Positions 12,410 to 26,388 of a DNA stretch of 64,000 bases are shown one piece after another; the stretch's first letter is position 1; each line of letters begins with the position of its first letter. The notes beneath the pieces are model-generated. The model did not search any database and was not told the DNA's origin. It worked only from the letters and a program-made list of their open reading frames with translations. This DNA is from Rhina ancylostomus. Its lineage: Eukaryota. A program made the translations under genes and the position numbers. Location of the stretch: NCBI GenBank assembly GCA_030265395.1, contig JARFYF010000001.1, forward strand, positions 99,520,804 through 99,584,803, in the 5' to 3' direction.

Positions 12410-12695
12410 GCAAACCCAGCAATCTAATTCTCCTGCTTATTTTTTTCCTGTGATCTTCTTTCTCTTTCACATCCCCATCAACTCCACAATTCACGTGCCA
12501 CCTACCTCGAGGTGTAATTTACGACAGCCAGTTAACCCCCTGACCAGCAGGTCTCTGACATGCAAGAGGAAACTGAAGAACCTGGAAGAAAGCTGCATGG
12601 TCACAAGGAGGATGTGCAAACTCCACATTGATGGCACAGAAGATCAGAATCAAACCTGGTTCACTCTATTTGTGAGACAGTTGCATTATCTGCAG
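12410..12695 (-). mobile_element. Degenerate V-SINE
   Basis: gaggaaactgaagaacctggaagaaagctgcatggtcacaaggaggatgtgcaaactccac is the reverse complement of the V-domain. Confidence 0.75.
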
Positions 12696-14899
12696 TAAAA
12701 AATCCTGGTGCCTTTGTTCGTTTTTTAAGTTGTTCAAGCACCAGGTCAAGTTTCAATTGAGAGATCAAGCAATGAACAACTTGGGCCATTAGGTGTGCTT
12801 CAGTCTCCAGCCTTTAGGCTGGAGCAGGAACACTCAAGTGATGGGATGAGAGCTGGGGAAATGTTTATTGCACGTGAGGGGCTGGAGGTGGAAAGGTGAC
12901 TGTCAAATGAGAGATAAATAAGACTGGAAGAAAAATAGGCTTCACGTAATAATAAAGGGAATAGCATTAGGTATGGGTGATACAACTTAAGACTGGAGAC
13001 AAACAAACAATAGTAAGGACAATGTGAATTCTAAGATTGGTTGAACCAAAGGATAAAGAAGGGACAAAAGGTGCTTTTGGGGGTGGTCTATCAAATAGTG
13101 AAAACCGAGCTCATAATGGTCTAATGGCTGGTGAAATGTTCATCAATATTAATAAAGATGGAAATCAAATGATACTGTTTGTTTCAAAGCTTAGTTTATT
13201 GAAAACTAAATTCTAATAATAATAATGAGGAAAGGTATTATGTCTCTCTGCTGAATGTGCAATCACTGTATAATGTATGATAGATGCAGAAATCGTCTCG
13301 CTTTTCTACAGATAAGTTTGATGAACAGCTCTGGAGAAACTGCAGGGGACATTCCCTGCTGGTGTGCTTCACATTCGTTTTACTGCACGCCATCACATCT
13401 GTCAGTCAAACCCAAACAAATCTACCAAAAACTGAATTAAACTGCTCTCCCCTAAGTGCCTTCTACTTCAAATGACTGATATCAGTAACATGCAAATATT
13501 TTGCTCCCCACTCGTGCCAATCGGAATCCCAAAATGTACTTGTAGCTGTTACCACATGTCAACTTAACATGCTGATATTCTCCAGACAGGCCCTCAGTGA
13601 TGATGTTTCATGCTAACATTGTAGATCAGGCAAAATTCAAGATATGACTTCCCATCATCAGCAATCCTCTTTTCATGGAAGCATGGAACACGTAATCAGG
13701 TAATGCGCAGGAATTCGGAAAACAAGGGTATAGCACCAAGTAGTGAATGTGGATTTGTTGTTGCTAATTGAAAAATGAAACAAAAATATTACTGAGTAGC
13801 TTTGTTTGGGGAGCAGGAAAAAACAATGTCATGTTGAAATTACTGCTGTTACACAATTAGCAACAATACCAAACTAAAATCTCATTTGCATCTTGAAGAA
13901 TCACAACATATTTACCTTCAAAGTGATATTTCCAGGATTATGAAAACATCATCAAATCCCTGCTGGGACACATAAATATCACAAAAATGAATGACACACC
14001 AAGTTAACTGATCTTTTTGCACTGACAGAATTGCTCCTAATGAAGAACTTGTTCAAGTCTGATGCACAGATTTCAAATTACACCTGGCTGTGAAGAAATG
14101 GAAATTGGAGAGCCAACATTAAATTCTGAAATGACATTACAGTTTAAGGTTGTGAAAATGAAGTTGAATCAAGTTCCCAGGTAAAGATGGTAAATGCCCA
14201 ACCAAAACATTGAGACAGACTTTGGTTACCTGTAAATACTGGAGGAACAGAACGGCTCGGCAGAGCTTGAAAAACTGTTCAAAATTATGATGGGTTTTGA
14301 AGGACTAAAATGAGAAGATCCTGCTTCTACTTGAAGAATAGTTAGTAACCAAAAAAGATACTTGACAAATGAACAGAAGGGTCTTGAGGGGAATATTTTT
14401 TTATTCAGCTTTTTTATTTAAATAAACTGTGTAATGCATCTTCTGGCATATTAATGCTGGTAACCCTGTTTCTATGAGTGTGTTCACACTGTGATCCAGA
14501 TTGGACAGTGGATTCATATGGTGTGCCTGATTTGCAGCAATGTCATATTGCCACAGACAGTCTGAAACATTCAAGCTCACAGCTTGAAGACTCAATGTGC
14601 AAATAGTTTAAAGGTGCTGTCTTGCAAGTAAATCATTATTTTGCATTGTGTCGTAATGGCTTTGAAAACTGAAAAGTCACAATGAAAGTGGCAACATTTT
14701 TGTTTGAAAGAGTGTTAAAGAACATGGATGTCTCTCACTTGCACATTTTACGTAACTTGGAAACTGATTTTTTGTTCCTGCAGTGACATTTCTCCGAGGC
14801 TATATATGTACTGACAAGAATACATACCACATTGTTGAGGGACAACAGCATTGGCTTACCATGAAACTATTAGCTACATCACTGTTGAATAGGAATAGG

Positions 14900-17650
14900 A
14901 TAATGCAACTGGCCTGACTGGCTTAATGTGCATGACTAACCTTGGGAACCATTCAGTTTTTATACCAGGTTAATGAATGGTCCAACATCCTGAAGGTTGA
15001 AGGGAGACAGTGAAATGTGATACATGAGCAAAAAGAGCAATATTCCTGATGGGAGATAGGACCAAAAGCATATGGCAAGCTGACAAATTCTTCTGCACAA
15101 CACTAGGTGATAGATTGTTTCTTTAAAGATGTTCTGCAGAAACTGAAAGATTAATTTAATTCAAATTAATTAAACCAGTTGAAAGCTGTTTGGGTTAAGG
15201 ATCCAGAAAGATGGCAAGATGATTCACAAACATATATGCATTGGAATTTTGGTGCCCTTTTACACCGTACCTTCTGTATTAGGGACGGACTGGTAGATGA
15301 ACAAATTCTGACCAAGCTACTGAGAAATGGCATGTCAAATTGTTGGAGATTTTTCCCAGCCCAAGGGATTATATTGCCACAGTCCACTTATTGGAGAACC
15401 AATGTAGAATCCACGGCTACTAAACCATATTGGTAATGCCCTGCAAGACCAGTTGAAACCATTGCCATTGTTCACTGATGTCCATCACTCAGCACAGTAT
15501 TAGTCCAGCCATGTGGTTCAGTTGCCAAAGGAAAGGTCATATTTCAAAAACCTGCTAACCGAAAGCTAAGACAAGCAAAATAAAAACAACTACAGTGACA
15601 ATTTGAAACAACAAGAGAAGGAAATAATTCATAGTTTGAAAGCACATTCTGACAAAGGAGGAACAGACTGCTAAATAAAGTGCTGCTTACCAATCAGGGT
15701 ATTGACGTGAGAATTGATATTGCTGCAGACTATTTGGTAATGAGTCAAGTAACCTGCTCTCGCAAGTTCATGCAAATGTTGTTGACAGTGAACACTGCCA
15801 AATTGAAGCACTACTTCGGTCAGGTTTTCTGGACATTGGAACAAGTGGAGTGCAACATGCTGGACAGCAAGTGCAGCTTTAATTGGAAAGACTGGCTAAT
15901 ATAACCAAGGCAACATGGGAAATATATTTTCTGCAAAAATGCGCATTGGTAAAAGGTTGCAAAGGTACAAGAACACAGTTGGAGATGGCTACACTGGTAT
16001 TTTGCTTGCATTTACACCAGACTGGATGCAGAGCAGGTCTTTTGCAGGTTTTGTACGTTTTTCATTGCACCTGTGCATATGAAAATAAACTCAACTTTGA
16101 CTTCAAACCAGTCCTATGTACTCTAAAGGTGCAAGTTGAAAAGGAACTGGATAGGTTAGAATAAAATGTTGTGCTTGTGAAAGCCAATCATTTGATGCAG
16201 TCCATACCAATAGTGGTTGGGTCAAAGGTAGCAAATAAAAAAAATGTTGCGTGGAAATGACAAAGTCACAATCAAACAAGCTGAATAATACTCTGCTTAA
16301 CCTGACCCTAAAGGACGTGCTCTTCCTACCTTGGCTGTCCTGCTGCTTGTGTGCAGAGCTAGCAGAATCAAGGGTATTCACAAGATTAGACGTCACCCAT
16401 ACCTGCACACAACTGAATTTTGATAATGGTAGTGGCATCAACATACACACAGGGTAACTGCAGGAGTAGAGCACTGTGGAGTCATGAATTTGCCCAAGAT
16501 TTTCCAGGCGACAATGGATAAAATCTGTCAAGGAGTAGACTTGTGTAACCAGGATGATTTGTTGATTGCTACGATAACAAAAGCCTCTGATTTCTGAGAA
16601 AGCGTTTTGAAGATTATCTGAGCACAATATGAAGCTGAAGCCAAGCAAATGTACCTTTGCAATGTGAAGAGTGTGGCTTTGTTTGCAGGTTGATACCAAA
16701 GGAGTATAACCATCATAAGTAAAAGTAGAGGCCATATCCAGTAACCTGAAAATATAACAGATCTCGGCCCAGGGATGCAATTACTTCCTGATCTTGTGTC
16801 AGTGCTTAAATCATTACATTGCCTATTGAAAACAGCTGTGAAATGGAGTAAGGATTAAAAGCAAACATTTGATAAATGCAAGGCCTGGCTCTCCTTGTTC
16901 ATTGTGATACTATGTGCAAATTACAGTTGGCATGTGATACGTCTAGTTATGGTGGAGGTATAGCATTAAGTCACATGATGGATGATGAGCAAGAGAAGTC
17001 ATTTCACTTCCTGGAAGCTCACAAAGAGCAGGCACAATTATGCATAAATCAAGAAGGAAGCACTTGGAATTATAGTTGGAATTTAGAAGGGTTATCAGTT
17101 TTTACTAAACAGATCCTTTATCGTAATAACAGATCATAAACCACTAAAGGCAACATTAAATTCCAAATCTGTGATATCTCCAATGGCAGGGTACAAAGAT
17201 ACACAATCCTTCTAACAGAGTATGAATGTTCATTTCAGTACAAAATTCCAAGCTGAATACAAGTGCTATGTCATGACTACTGCCTGGAAGACTGATGCTG
17301 GAAGTGAATGGGTGATCTACACATTAATTATCATTGGTAAAATCGTTCCAGTGATTGTGTCCAAAATTACAAAGGTGACCCAGAAAGGCCCATTATTGAG
17401 AAGGGTCTCTCAACTGACAACGTACTGATGGAGAACTGAAATCATTCCACAATTTTTTCAGTTAGTCGTCTTGTGAATAGAGATTCATCCTATTCACAAG
17501 ACAAATCACAAGAAAAGAGGAGTCAAAGAGTGGTACCAACTATTATTTTGGGAGAAAATATTTTGGCCAGACTTTATATTAAACACATTGGAATAGTCAA
17601 AATGAGAGTGGCCTTGCAAATTAACTGCTATATCTGTGAATGTGAATACA
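14900..17650 (+). mobile_element. Decayed Ty3/Gypsy LTR-retrotransposon internal region (gag-pol remnant)
   Basis: Collinear pol motifs across broken frames: KPVLCTLKVQVEKELDRLE (RT N-terminus), RVFTRLDVTH…INIHTG (RT), LVHCDTMCKLQLACDTSSYGGGIALSHMMDDEQEK (RNase H), RVVP…ILARLYIKHIGIVKM (integrase zinc-binding region). Many stops and frameshifts. Confidence 0.85.
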
Positions 17651-17949
17651 AATTAACTGCTATATCCGTGGATTCTAACAAGAATTGGATAAATACTTGA
17701 AAAGGAAAGCATTTGAAAACAATTGAAATGGACTATGGACAAAGAATAGATAAAGTAAGGCAAATGACATGGATCCTACAAATAAATGGCACAGCCATCA
17801 TAGGCTGAGTGGCCTCTAATTGTGCCCAAAGGTTGTGTGAACATCTCCACTCCACTGTGAGGGAAACAGATGTATTTCTTCTCTATTTTGGATATGTCTG
17901 GGGTTTAAAAGCTGCAAAACAGCTGTTCTGTGGGTGGATCACAAACAGA

Positions 17950-18550
17950 CATACACACTGGGGGCAGGATTTGGCCATTCAGTCCCTCAAGCCAGCTCTG
18001 CCATTAAATAAGATCACTGTCACCTCCTTTTTACCTTTCACTCAGTTTCTTATCTGCTTGTGCCTTAAAATTATCCAAAGACTCTGCTTCCACTGTCCTT
18101 TGTGAAAGAGTTCCAAAGACTCTCGACTCTCTGAATGAAAAAAAAATTGTCCTATCTGACCCTTTATTTTTAAAATAGCAAAGTCTAACTCACTGGAGGA
18201 AAGATCTTTTCCATATTTACCTCACCAAAATTCCAAATTCAAATCCCCTCTCCTTTGTCCAGACTAGCAGACACAAGCCTTGCCTGTCCAATCTTTCCTC
18301 AAGACAACACAACTATTCCAGGTATTAGTCAAGTAAACCTCCTCAGAATGTTTTCCTTAAAATATAGATTTTGGGGCTGCAACAGTTTCATCAGGTTACA
18401 ATGCTTAATTCAGCATTACCGTTTCAATCACAGGTCTTCCTTATTTCAATATAAAACAGAGAACTCTCAGCCACATCAACTTGAGTGCCTATCGACGTGG
18501 CTGGGAACCCTTTCTTGTATTTTGAATTGAAGATGACCTGTATTCATACC
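17950..18550 (-). mobile_element. CR1-like LINE 3' fragment
   Basis: ggccattcagtccctcaagccagctctgccatt…aagagttccaaagactctcgactctctga is the reverse complement of the CR1 3' end. Confidence 0.7.
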
Positions 18551-18559
18551 ATCCAAATG

Positions 18560-19020
18560 TGACAGTTAACATAAAAGGAAATCCAAAAACCTTTTATCAG
18601 CATGCAAATAGTGAAGAGGTACTGAAAAGTGGGATGGGACCTATCAAGGACAAAGGAGGAGATACAAGTGGAGAGATCAGGGAAAAGGCTAGAATATTTA
18701 ATGAGTATTTTGCAGCTGTATTTACTGAGGAAAGTTTGACTGAAGTGGAGGTGGTAGAGGTGATGGATGTGGTGAAAACTGATTGGCAGGTTGTTTTGGA
18801 AAGGCTATCTAAGCTTAGAACGGATAAGTAATTTGACCAAGATGCCTTACATCCCAGTTTGTTAAAGGGGTAAGGCAAAGGAAGGGCTTGCCATAGTCTT
18901 CCAATGTTTTCAGGCTGGGGATCAGGGGAGAAGGGAGAGCTGCCAGATAATTGGAAAGTGGACAATGTGACAACCTTGTTCCAGGGTGAGGGGTACTCTT
19001 TATTACTACAGGCTAGTAAC
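18560..19020 (+). mobile_element. CR1 ORF2 fragment (endonuclease-RT linker)
   Basis: NIKGNPKTFYQH…GPIKDKGG…ARIFNEYFAAVFTEE…LSKLRTDK, then PDNWKVDNVTTLF. Confidence 0.85.
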
Positions 19021-19059
19021 CACATCATTCCTTTCAAACTTTCAAGGAAAATAAAAAGC

Positions 19060-21480
19060 AGCTGCTACAAGTCTACATGAAGAAAAACAATAGCAAAAGC
19101 AAATACAAATTCTCCTGCTGGTGACTGTAATGGGGAACAAAGAAATGGAGGGGCAACTAAATAAATACTTGGGCTCTGTCTTCACAGAACAGGATACAAA
19201 TAAATTCACAGAAAAACTAGGGAACTCACAGTTGAAGAGGGCAAATTAAAGAAAATGCCTAGGCTAAAGAGCTGTAGAAATTAATGGGACTGAAGCTGAT
19301 AAATCCCTTCGGCCTGGTCATCTGCATCCCTGAGCAGTAGAAATAGGAAAAGTTACTGCATTTGCTGTTATCTTCCAATATTCTATCGATAAGGGAACAG
19401 TTCCTGTAGATTGGAGTTTGGCAAATGTTAACTCCACTATTTCAAAAAGATGATAGAGAGAAAACAGGAAACTACAACTTGGATAGATTGACTTCAGTAA
19501 ACCGGAACCATGCTCAGTGCTCAGGTTGCCCTCTGAGGAATCAGTGCTAAAAGGGGCATTATATGTAGGCAGATGCATTACCAACTGTTCTGCTGTGCCG
19601 GTATCCTGGTGTGATTCATCACCCTCATCTACTGGGAACCTGGCATGAATTCCTGCCTTCAGCTTGCACTCTTACAGCAGTGAATAGCCCCACAACTTGG
19701 TACGAAGAGGTTGCGTGTGAATGCTGGTGTTGTGTGGGCCAGGGCGACCGATGGGACTATGTTGTGGTGAGATATGAGGATCAGTATTGTACCCTTTCTG
19801 GCGCAGGGAGTGTGGGCCATTACTGGGGATTGGCACAGGGGGAGGGGGTATCTTTATTAGTCACATGTATATGAAAACACACAGTGAAATGCATCTTTTG
19901 CGTAGAGTGTTCTGGGGGCAGCCCACAAGTGTCACCACACTTCCAGTGCCAACATAGCATGCCCACAACTTCCTCACCCATATGTCTTTTAGAATGTGGG
20001 AGGAAACTGGAGCACCCGGAGGAAACCCATGCAGACGCAGGGAGAATGTACAAACTCCTGCAGACCACTTGGATCCTACAATCTCCCTCATCGCCACCTA
20101 TCAGATGTAATGGAAGCTGCTCTCTCCCCTTCTCCTTCCTAGGCTGCACAGCTCTCCTAGAGACTTCTCCATGACAAGTGAGCATCATTGAACTTGTTAC
20201 TATGAGAAATCTCCAGGCTGAGTACACTCAGAAAATATCTACGGGATTAGACCGAGTCAACATGGATTTTTGAAAGAGAAATGGTATCTAACAAAACTTA
20301 CTGGATTTTTAATGAAGTTGCAACTAGTAGAACAGATAAACAGCAGAACCAGTGGATGTGGAGGATTTGGATATTCAGAGGGCTTTGATGAGGCCCCATC
20401 TAAGAGGTTAGCGTGCAAAATTAAAGCATGGGATTGAGGGTACGGACTGAAAATCGGTCGACAGTCATGAAACAAATGGAATAAATGGGTCTTTTTTTGG
20501 GAGTGACAGCCAACGATCAGTGCTTACCCTCCATTTATTCACATTATATATAAATGATTTGGATGAGGAAACCAATTTTAATATTTCTGAGTTTGTTGAT
20601 AACTTGAAACTGGGTGGGATTGTGAGTTGTGAAGAGGATGCAGAGACGCTTTCAGGCAACTTAAGCAAGTTGAGTGGGGGCAAAGGCACAGCCAATGCAA
20701 TACTACCTGGATAAATGAGAAGTCATCCACTCCAGTAGGGAAAACAGGAAGGTCAAGTGTAACTTAACTGGTGATGCAATGGGAAATGTTAATGTTCAAA
20801 GAAATCCAGGCGTCCTTAAAACATCAGTCACTGAGAGCAAATCTGCAGTTGTTGCAAGTAGTTCAAAGAACAAATGGTATATTGTCCTTCACAGAAACAG
20901 GGGCAAGAATGTCTAAGTACAGTTATATAGAGCCTTGGTGAGACCACACCTGGAATACTGAGGGCAATTTTGGTCTCCTTACTAAATAAAAGATGAGCTT
21001 GTCATTGGTGAAGTGCAGCAAATGTTCATCAGTCCAATTCCTAGGATGGTAGGACTGCCACATGAGGACAAATTGGATTGACAAGCCATGTGGTCACTGG
21101 AGTAGAAGAATGACAGAAGATCCCATTGTGATGAACAGAAGTCTGGCAGGGCTGGACAGACGTGGCTAAAAATCTAGAATCAGAGGTTGGCTGAAAATCT
21201 CGAATCAGAGGTTACAGTCTCAGGATATGGGATCAGGACAGAGATGAGGAAAAATTTCTTCTCTGCAGTTAATGAACTTGTGAAATTCTGTACCACAGAA
21301 GCTGTGCAGGTCAAGCCACTGAATATAGTTATGAAGGAGATAGATTGATTTCTAAATACAGAAGGTATCAGGGACCATAGGGAGAGAGTGGGGAGATGGT
21401 ATTGAGGTAGGGAATCAGAGTTAATTTTAAGAAAGATTAGGCAAGTTCAAAGGCTGCCTTCCACTCCTGGCTTTCTGTGC
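19060..21480 (+). mobile_element. CR1-like LINE (ORF2 RT to 3' tail) split by an insertion of about 730 bp at ~19500-20230
   Basis: WSLANVNSTI…NY motif ends at ~19495 and resumes with SQHGF at ~20255, then LFTLYINDLDE…FVDNLKLGG, LVRPHLEY and the tail. Confidence 0.85.
19850..20062 (-). mobile_element. V-SINE (5'-truncated) nested in CR1
   Basis: V-domain plus tail tctttattagtcacatgta…; near-identical to the 9650 and 31066 copies. Confidence 0.88.
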
Positions 21481-21599
21481 TTCAAGAAACCATGCAAATG
21501 ATCTGTGCAATATCACCCAGATGTCTGCTGTGTTCATGCTTCCTGTAACCAGTGTGGAAAGGAGAGTTGGCTATTTCATACAGTTTGATTTGACAGTAA

Positions 21600-22080
21600 T
21601 CGAATGAAGGGTGCCATCAACAGCTTCTTTATACCTAGACTCAGTTTGTCTAACCCTTCATAAATTATTCTGCTGCCCCTGTCCCAAGTCCTGTTCACCC
21701 ATAACCCAACTACAGTTAGATAAGCAACACCACAATTTCAATATTCATATCCTCCTTACCAAATCCTTATATCATCTTCTTATCACTATAAATCTCATGC
21801 AGCCCCAAGTTCCTTCATAATGTTTGCACTCCTCCAATTCTTGTCTTTGGTCATCTCCAAATTTAGTTGCTTCCCTGTGGATGGCTCTACCTTCAGCTGT
21901 CAAGCCACTACGTTTGGAATTCCCTCACTCAACCTCTCCTCTCTTTCCTTCTTTAAGGCATCCTATCAAAGATGCAGTTTCATTGGCCCCAATATCTCCT
22001 TCCATGCTCTGGGACAATGTTCCTGTGAAATACTTTGTGACATTAAAGGTGCAACATGAACTCAAGCTAATATTGCTGTT
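21600..22080 (+). mobile_element. L2-like LINE 3' end
   Basis: aagtcctgttcacccataaccc…ccttcagctgtcaagcc…tggaattccctc…cattaaaggtgc. Confidence 0.65.
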
Positions 22081-22559
22081 GTTGAAGGCAACTCAAGGTG
22101 AAGAAACAGGGCTGTCCAAGTGGCTTGTAAAGACTGAGAGGTATCAGAATCAGTTTAATCAGTAAAGTTTCTCAACTCTCCATCACTATGTCTACCACTA
22201 TCCCATCACGTGTGTTATCATAGCTTATTAGAACAGCGAAGGCATGCAAGATGCTGCGATAACAACCATTATATTAATGAATGAAGTGAGCATGACATCA
22301 TGGTCATTCAAGAAAGGATGCATAATGTCGATGAGTAATTGAGCTCAATAATAACAGCATGATCCCTCTTCTTACAGGTTTCATGCCATTGGCACCAAAG
22401 TAAAATTATAGTAAAGAACAATTTTCTGGCCTATCCTTCAGAATATTTCCTTGGTCCAAACCCATGTTCTGTGGGCCAAGGATGAAGCAAACAAAAACTT
22501 ATTGCAGTTCATCCCTAGTACCCTACAGTCATTTTATCTCCTTAGCTCCATGTCATCTA

Positions 22560-22900
22560 GGATGGGTGGCTCAGTGCCCAAGACTACTGCTTTCAGCTCC
22601 AGTGACCAGAGTTTGATTCAGATCTCCAGTGTTGTGTTTCTGGAGTTTGCACCTTCTCCCTGTGACTGCGTGCCTTTCCATTGGGTATTCTAGTTTCTGC
22701 CCACATTCCAGAAATGTGCTGGTTGGTAGGCGAACTGACTACTCTAAGTCGCCCCTAGTATGGGTGGTGGCAGAAGAACTGGGGGAGGAGGTGATGAGTG
22801 ATGGCGACATGAAAGGAAGACTGTGGGATTAGTGTAATTGGGTGTTTAATGGTCAGTGCAGATGGTGGGACAAGAGCCTATTACTGTGATGCATGATGAA
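22560..22900 (+). mobile_element. Degenerate V-SINE with CR1-like tail
   Basis: gtggctcagtg…cagctccagtgaccagagtttgattc…ggagtttgcaccttctccctgtgactgcgtg…cccacattccag. Confidence 0.8.
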
Positions 22901-23607
22901 GCCTCGAAACAGGAATCTTCTTTAAATTTGCTATTCTTGCCTTCCACTTGCTTCTAATTCCTTTCTCCTTGGAAGTGCCCAACTTTAGATTGTTTTTGGA
23001 AAAGTGCGTCACGATTGAACATGGGGTATTTATCACACAAATCTCCATTTGGTCCCACGTTGACTAGTTGCCAGCTGCTCGTTGGACAGCCATTGCATCT
23101 ACAATCAAGCCTTCACAAAGCCTGCAGCTGTCGTTTCAAATCCCCCAGCTCAGCAAAGGTAAATTGCATGGGGGCTGCGCTTAGCCAGGGGAAAGTATCA
23201 TTCATGCAAGTTGATCCACCACTTCTGCTGGAAGGGATCATCAGACAGCAGATAAGAAATATAACCTCAGAAACACTTGGGCATGACCACATTAACATTC
23301 AGGGCAGTGACAATCTAAAATTTCAGAAAGCATTCAGTTTGTGAGATTACCTGAAGTGATCTCAGGAAATTGTCCTTCCCCTAGAAGGATCAGAATTGGA
23401 AAGCCTTAACTGAAGGGGACTAGGCATCCAGAGACTAAAAGAAATATTCACAGAATACAACCAATCCTTGTTTGAAAAATATTAACAGATTTAAAATTAA
23501 GTCTTTCAAAAATGCCATCAAATTTCTTGCCCACTGTCTTTTCCACAGGTAACAGAGAAAGTGATGTATCAGTTTTCCAATTTTGAAACAAGTCAAGATA
23601 TTGAGTA

Positions 23608-23790
23608 TGTTACGTACCAGCAACAAAAGAAACACACCGAGACATGTATAAATGTTAAAAACTACTTTATTAATAACTACTTATNNNNNNNNNNNNNNNN
23701 NNNNNNNNNNNNNNNNNNNNNNNNNNNNNNNNNNNNNNNNNNNNNNNNNNNNNNNNNNNNNNNNNNNNNNNNNNNNNNNNNNNNAGCACA

Positions 23791-23835
<45 letters not shown>

Positions 23836-23873
23836 CGAAAAGGGACATTCACTAATAGTCATAGTCCGTAACA
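23608..23873 (-). mobile_element. Solo LTR of the same family as 3226; 4-bp TSD AGTA
   Basis: TGTTA…TAACA termini, flanked by AGTA at 23604-23607 and 23874-23877. (CA)n tract and internal N gap. Confidence 0.82.
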
Positions 23874-25214
23874 AGTAGAGGAGGCCTTAGAAGATGCTTC
23901 CCTTCCCTTATCCCCCTCAGTCAGTGAGTGCTTCTAAACTGAATCACACCACACAGCTAAAGATGGATCTGGGCTTCACTTCAGTCGAAAAGCATCAGAG
24001 CACTCGCAAAGGTGCAAGTTCTTATTGACCTACAGGCCTGCTTACTGCTGGCATGCACAGAACTCTTCTTGTTTGGATACAACATTGTGAGATCCAAGTG
24101 AAAAGATCATAACACAAGGCTTCAGCTGCCTCAGAGCTGAGCAGCACCCTGCTTTCACACATTTGCCTTGAGAGGAGAGATTGCCAAGCAGCAGCAGAAG
24201 GCTGGGAGTGAGTGATAATGCTTCCATAAGGCCATGCCACATCTGTCCTTCCCAGCCATACCACTCAAATAACTACCAACGTGTGAGATTACAGGAATTG
24301 AGGGGGACACATTAACAAACAATTGGCAGTAATACTTTGCACGCATAGTTATAAATCCTGTCCAATAGTTGTTTCTGTTATCAGCCTGTCCCTTTTTAAA
24401 AAGGGGCAGAACTTTTAATTTTCTAAGTTGTACAACAAACCCAAAAACTGTACACTTTGTGCTTTCACTCTTGTTCATGGCTGTCTCAAAAGACTTGTTA
24501 AATCACATTTGCAACCCAGAAATCGGGGATTTAGCTGCAAAGGTCCATGTCGATGTTGGCTTCATCAAAAGTCCTATTCGTCGAGCTCTCTGGTGCTTGG
24601 CTACCTTCCCAATACTTCCCTTATTCCCAAAACAAGATAGTTCAAGTTTTCCTTGTAATGGCAAGGTCCACATTCCAGGAGAAACAAGTTTCACCTAAAA
24701 TTCCTTTTGGACCCTCAGGTGACCATCATATATTTATGGCCTTCATTCCAATCACGAGCAAATAGAAGTATCTTCTCCCCTTAAAGACTTAGCGAAAGCC
24801 TCCCTTANNNNNNNNNNNNNNNNNNNNNNNNGAGCCCAACCTGTGAAATCTTTCTGATATCTGTTCTATATCACTCCAAACTTTCTCTTGGGCCTTCTGC
24901 AGGCCTTCAAAAAAAAGATCAGAAATGCTCAGTGTTTCAACGTGGTCTGAGCGAGCTTCTATCTTTAGTTTAGATTTTCCTGCCTTGCAGTTCCATCCTT
25001 CAGTTTTGTAGGCGTTTGAGACACAGAGGCATACCACATGGAAATAGGCCCTTCAGCTCACCAAGTACACGCTGAACATCAAGTAACCATTTTTCATGAA
25101 TCCCAGCTAATTTTATTCTCCCCATATTCCCATCAAGTTCCCTTGACTTAATAACCCCACGTTTTTACTTTGAGATTTTACATCTGTACTGCCAGATTTC
25201 TATGGTTCTTGAAT

Positions 25215-25555
25215 GAAAACAAAAAATGATGGAAATATTAAAGTAGATTAGGCAGCATTTATCAAGAGAGAATCAAAGTTAATGTTGCACATATTAAAAA
25301 TTATTTGAAGACAGCATGTTTAAACTTGGAGAAGGGGAGGGATAGAGAGAACAAAGGAAATGTCCGTGATAAGATGGAAACCAAGAGAAGACAGATTAAA
25401 TAGATCAGTGTTGACAAGGAGGAGGGTCTTGAAAGCTTGTTAATGATGCCCAATCTGGAGGTGCAAGTGGAGGGAGACTGGAGGAGAGGAAAACAAACTG
25501 AATTGGAGTAACGAGATAGAGAACACAGCAGTTGCTGGAAATCTGAAATCAAGGA
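25215..25555 (-). mobile_element. Penelope-like element fragment
   Basis: aaaacaaaaaatgatggaaatatt…ggcagcatttatcaagagagaatcaaagttaatgtt plus a purine-rich internal segment. Confidence 0.55.
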
Positions 25556-26325
25556 GAGTTCTAAGAAAGCACAGGAGGCAAGGCAGCTTCTGTGGGGGGG
25601 GGGGGGGCGGGGCAGGGGGAAAGTGAGTTACATTAGAGCTGGCAAGGAATTGAAAAGCAAAAAAAATTGCACACACTGGAATTCTTTCTGCGGTACCACC
25701 TCCTACTTTCTTCTATTAAAGTTGGTTTGCCAATTACATGCTCATTCTGCAAGTTTCTTAATGTATTTTCCTCTGTTCAATTTGCAATACGTTTTCTACT
25801 CTCCTCGATTATGTATGCCCAGAGGACTGAAAACTTCTTACAAATTCAAATCTATTGCATTATGCTTCTCTGCTGCTTTCGTTAGTTGAAGGAATTCATT
25901 ATGGTTTGTCAAATGTCTCCTTCCCTTTTGCAGTCCATGCTGATTCCATTGTGCTCTGGCTGGGGAATGGGGAGGTAGGCAGGTACGCTTCCAAAGCTAA
26001 AGGTAGACGTCACAACAGGTCATAGATTTTGGTGACGTCCTTTTGGGTAAACCACAGCCTCCACGAAAAGCACTTCCCAGGAAGCTCAGACGGAAACACA
26101 AATCCATCTAAACTCTGCAGGGGGGGGGTCAGTGACTCTGCTCTTGGGTCTTTGCCCACACCCAAGGCCTTTCTCAGGATTGTCATTCTTTCAATACTCA
26201 CAGCAACACCAGCAGGATCACTACTCAAGGACCAATTGCAAGAAGTTTCCCACAGCCGAAACAGCAATGGAAGATAGTAGAAACCTCAGTTGTGATTGGG
26301 GAAGGTTTCAGATAAAGGAAAGATA

Positions 26326-26388
26326 AGATCTTTATTAGTCACATGTACATCAAAGCACACAGTGAAATATGTCTTTTCGTGTAGAGTG
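26326..26388 (-). mobile_element. Isolated V-SINE 3' tail (about 60 bp)
   Basis: atctttattagtcacatgtacatcaaagcacacagtgaaat…tagagtg matches the tails at 9650 and 19850. Confidence 0.8.

Noticed and set aside
14540-14566. Minus-strand QTVCGN, resembling PAPPA2 CGQTVCDN
   Set aside because: Stops on both sides and no flanking similarity; a chance short match.
16103-16780. 225-aa minus-strand ORF
   Set aside because: Antisense to the decayed Gypsy RT, with no recognisable protein.
22950-23300. Minus frame of about 110 codons interrupted by a single TGA (possible readthrough or selenocysteine)
   Set aside because: No homology and no SECIS recognised; expected by chance.
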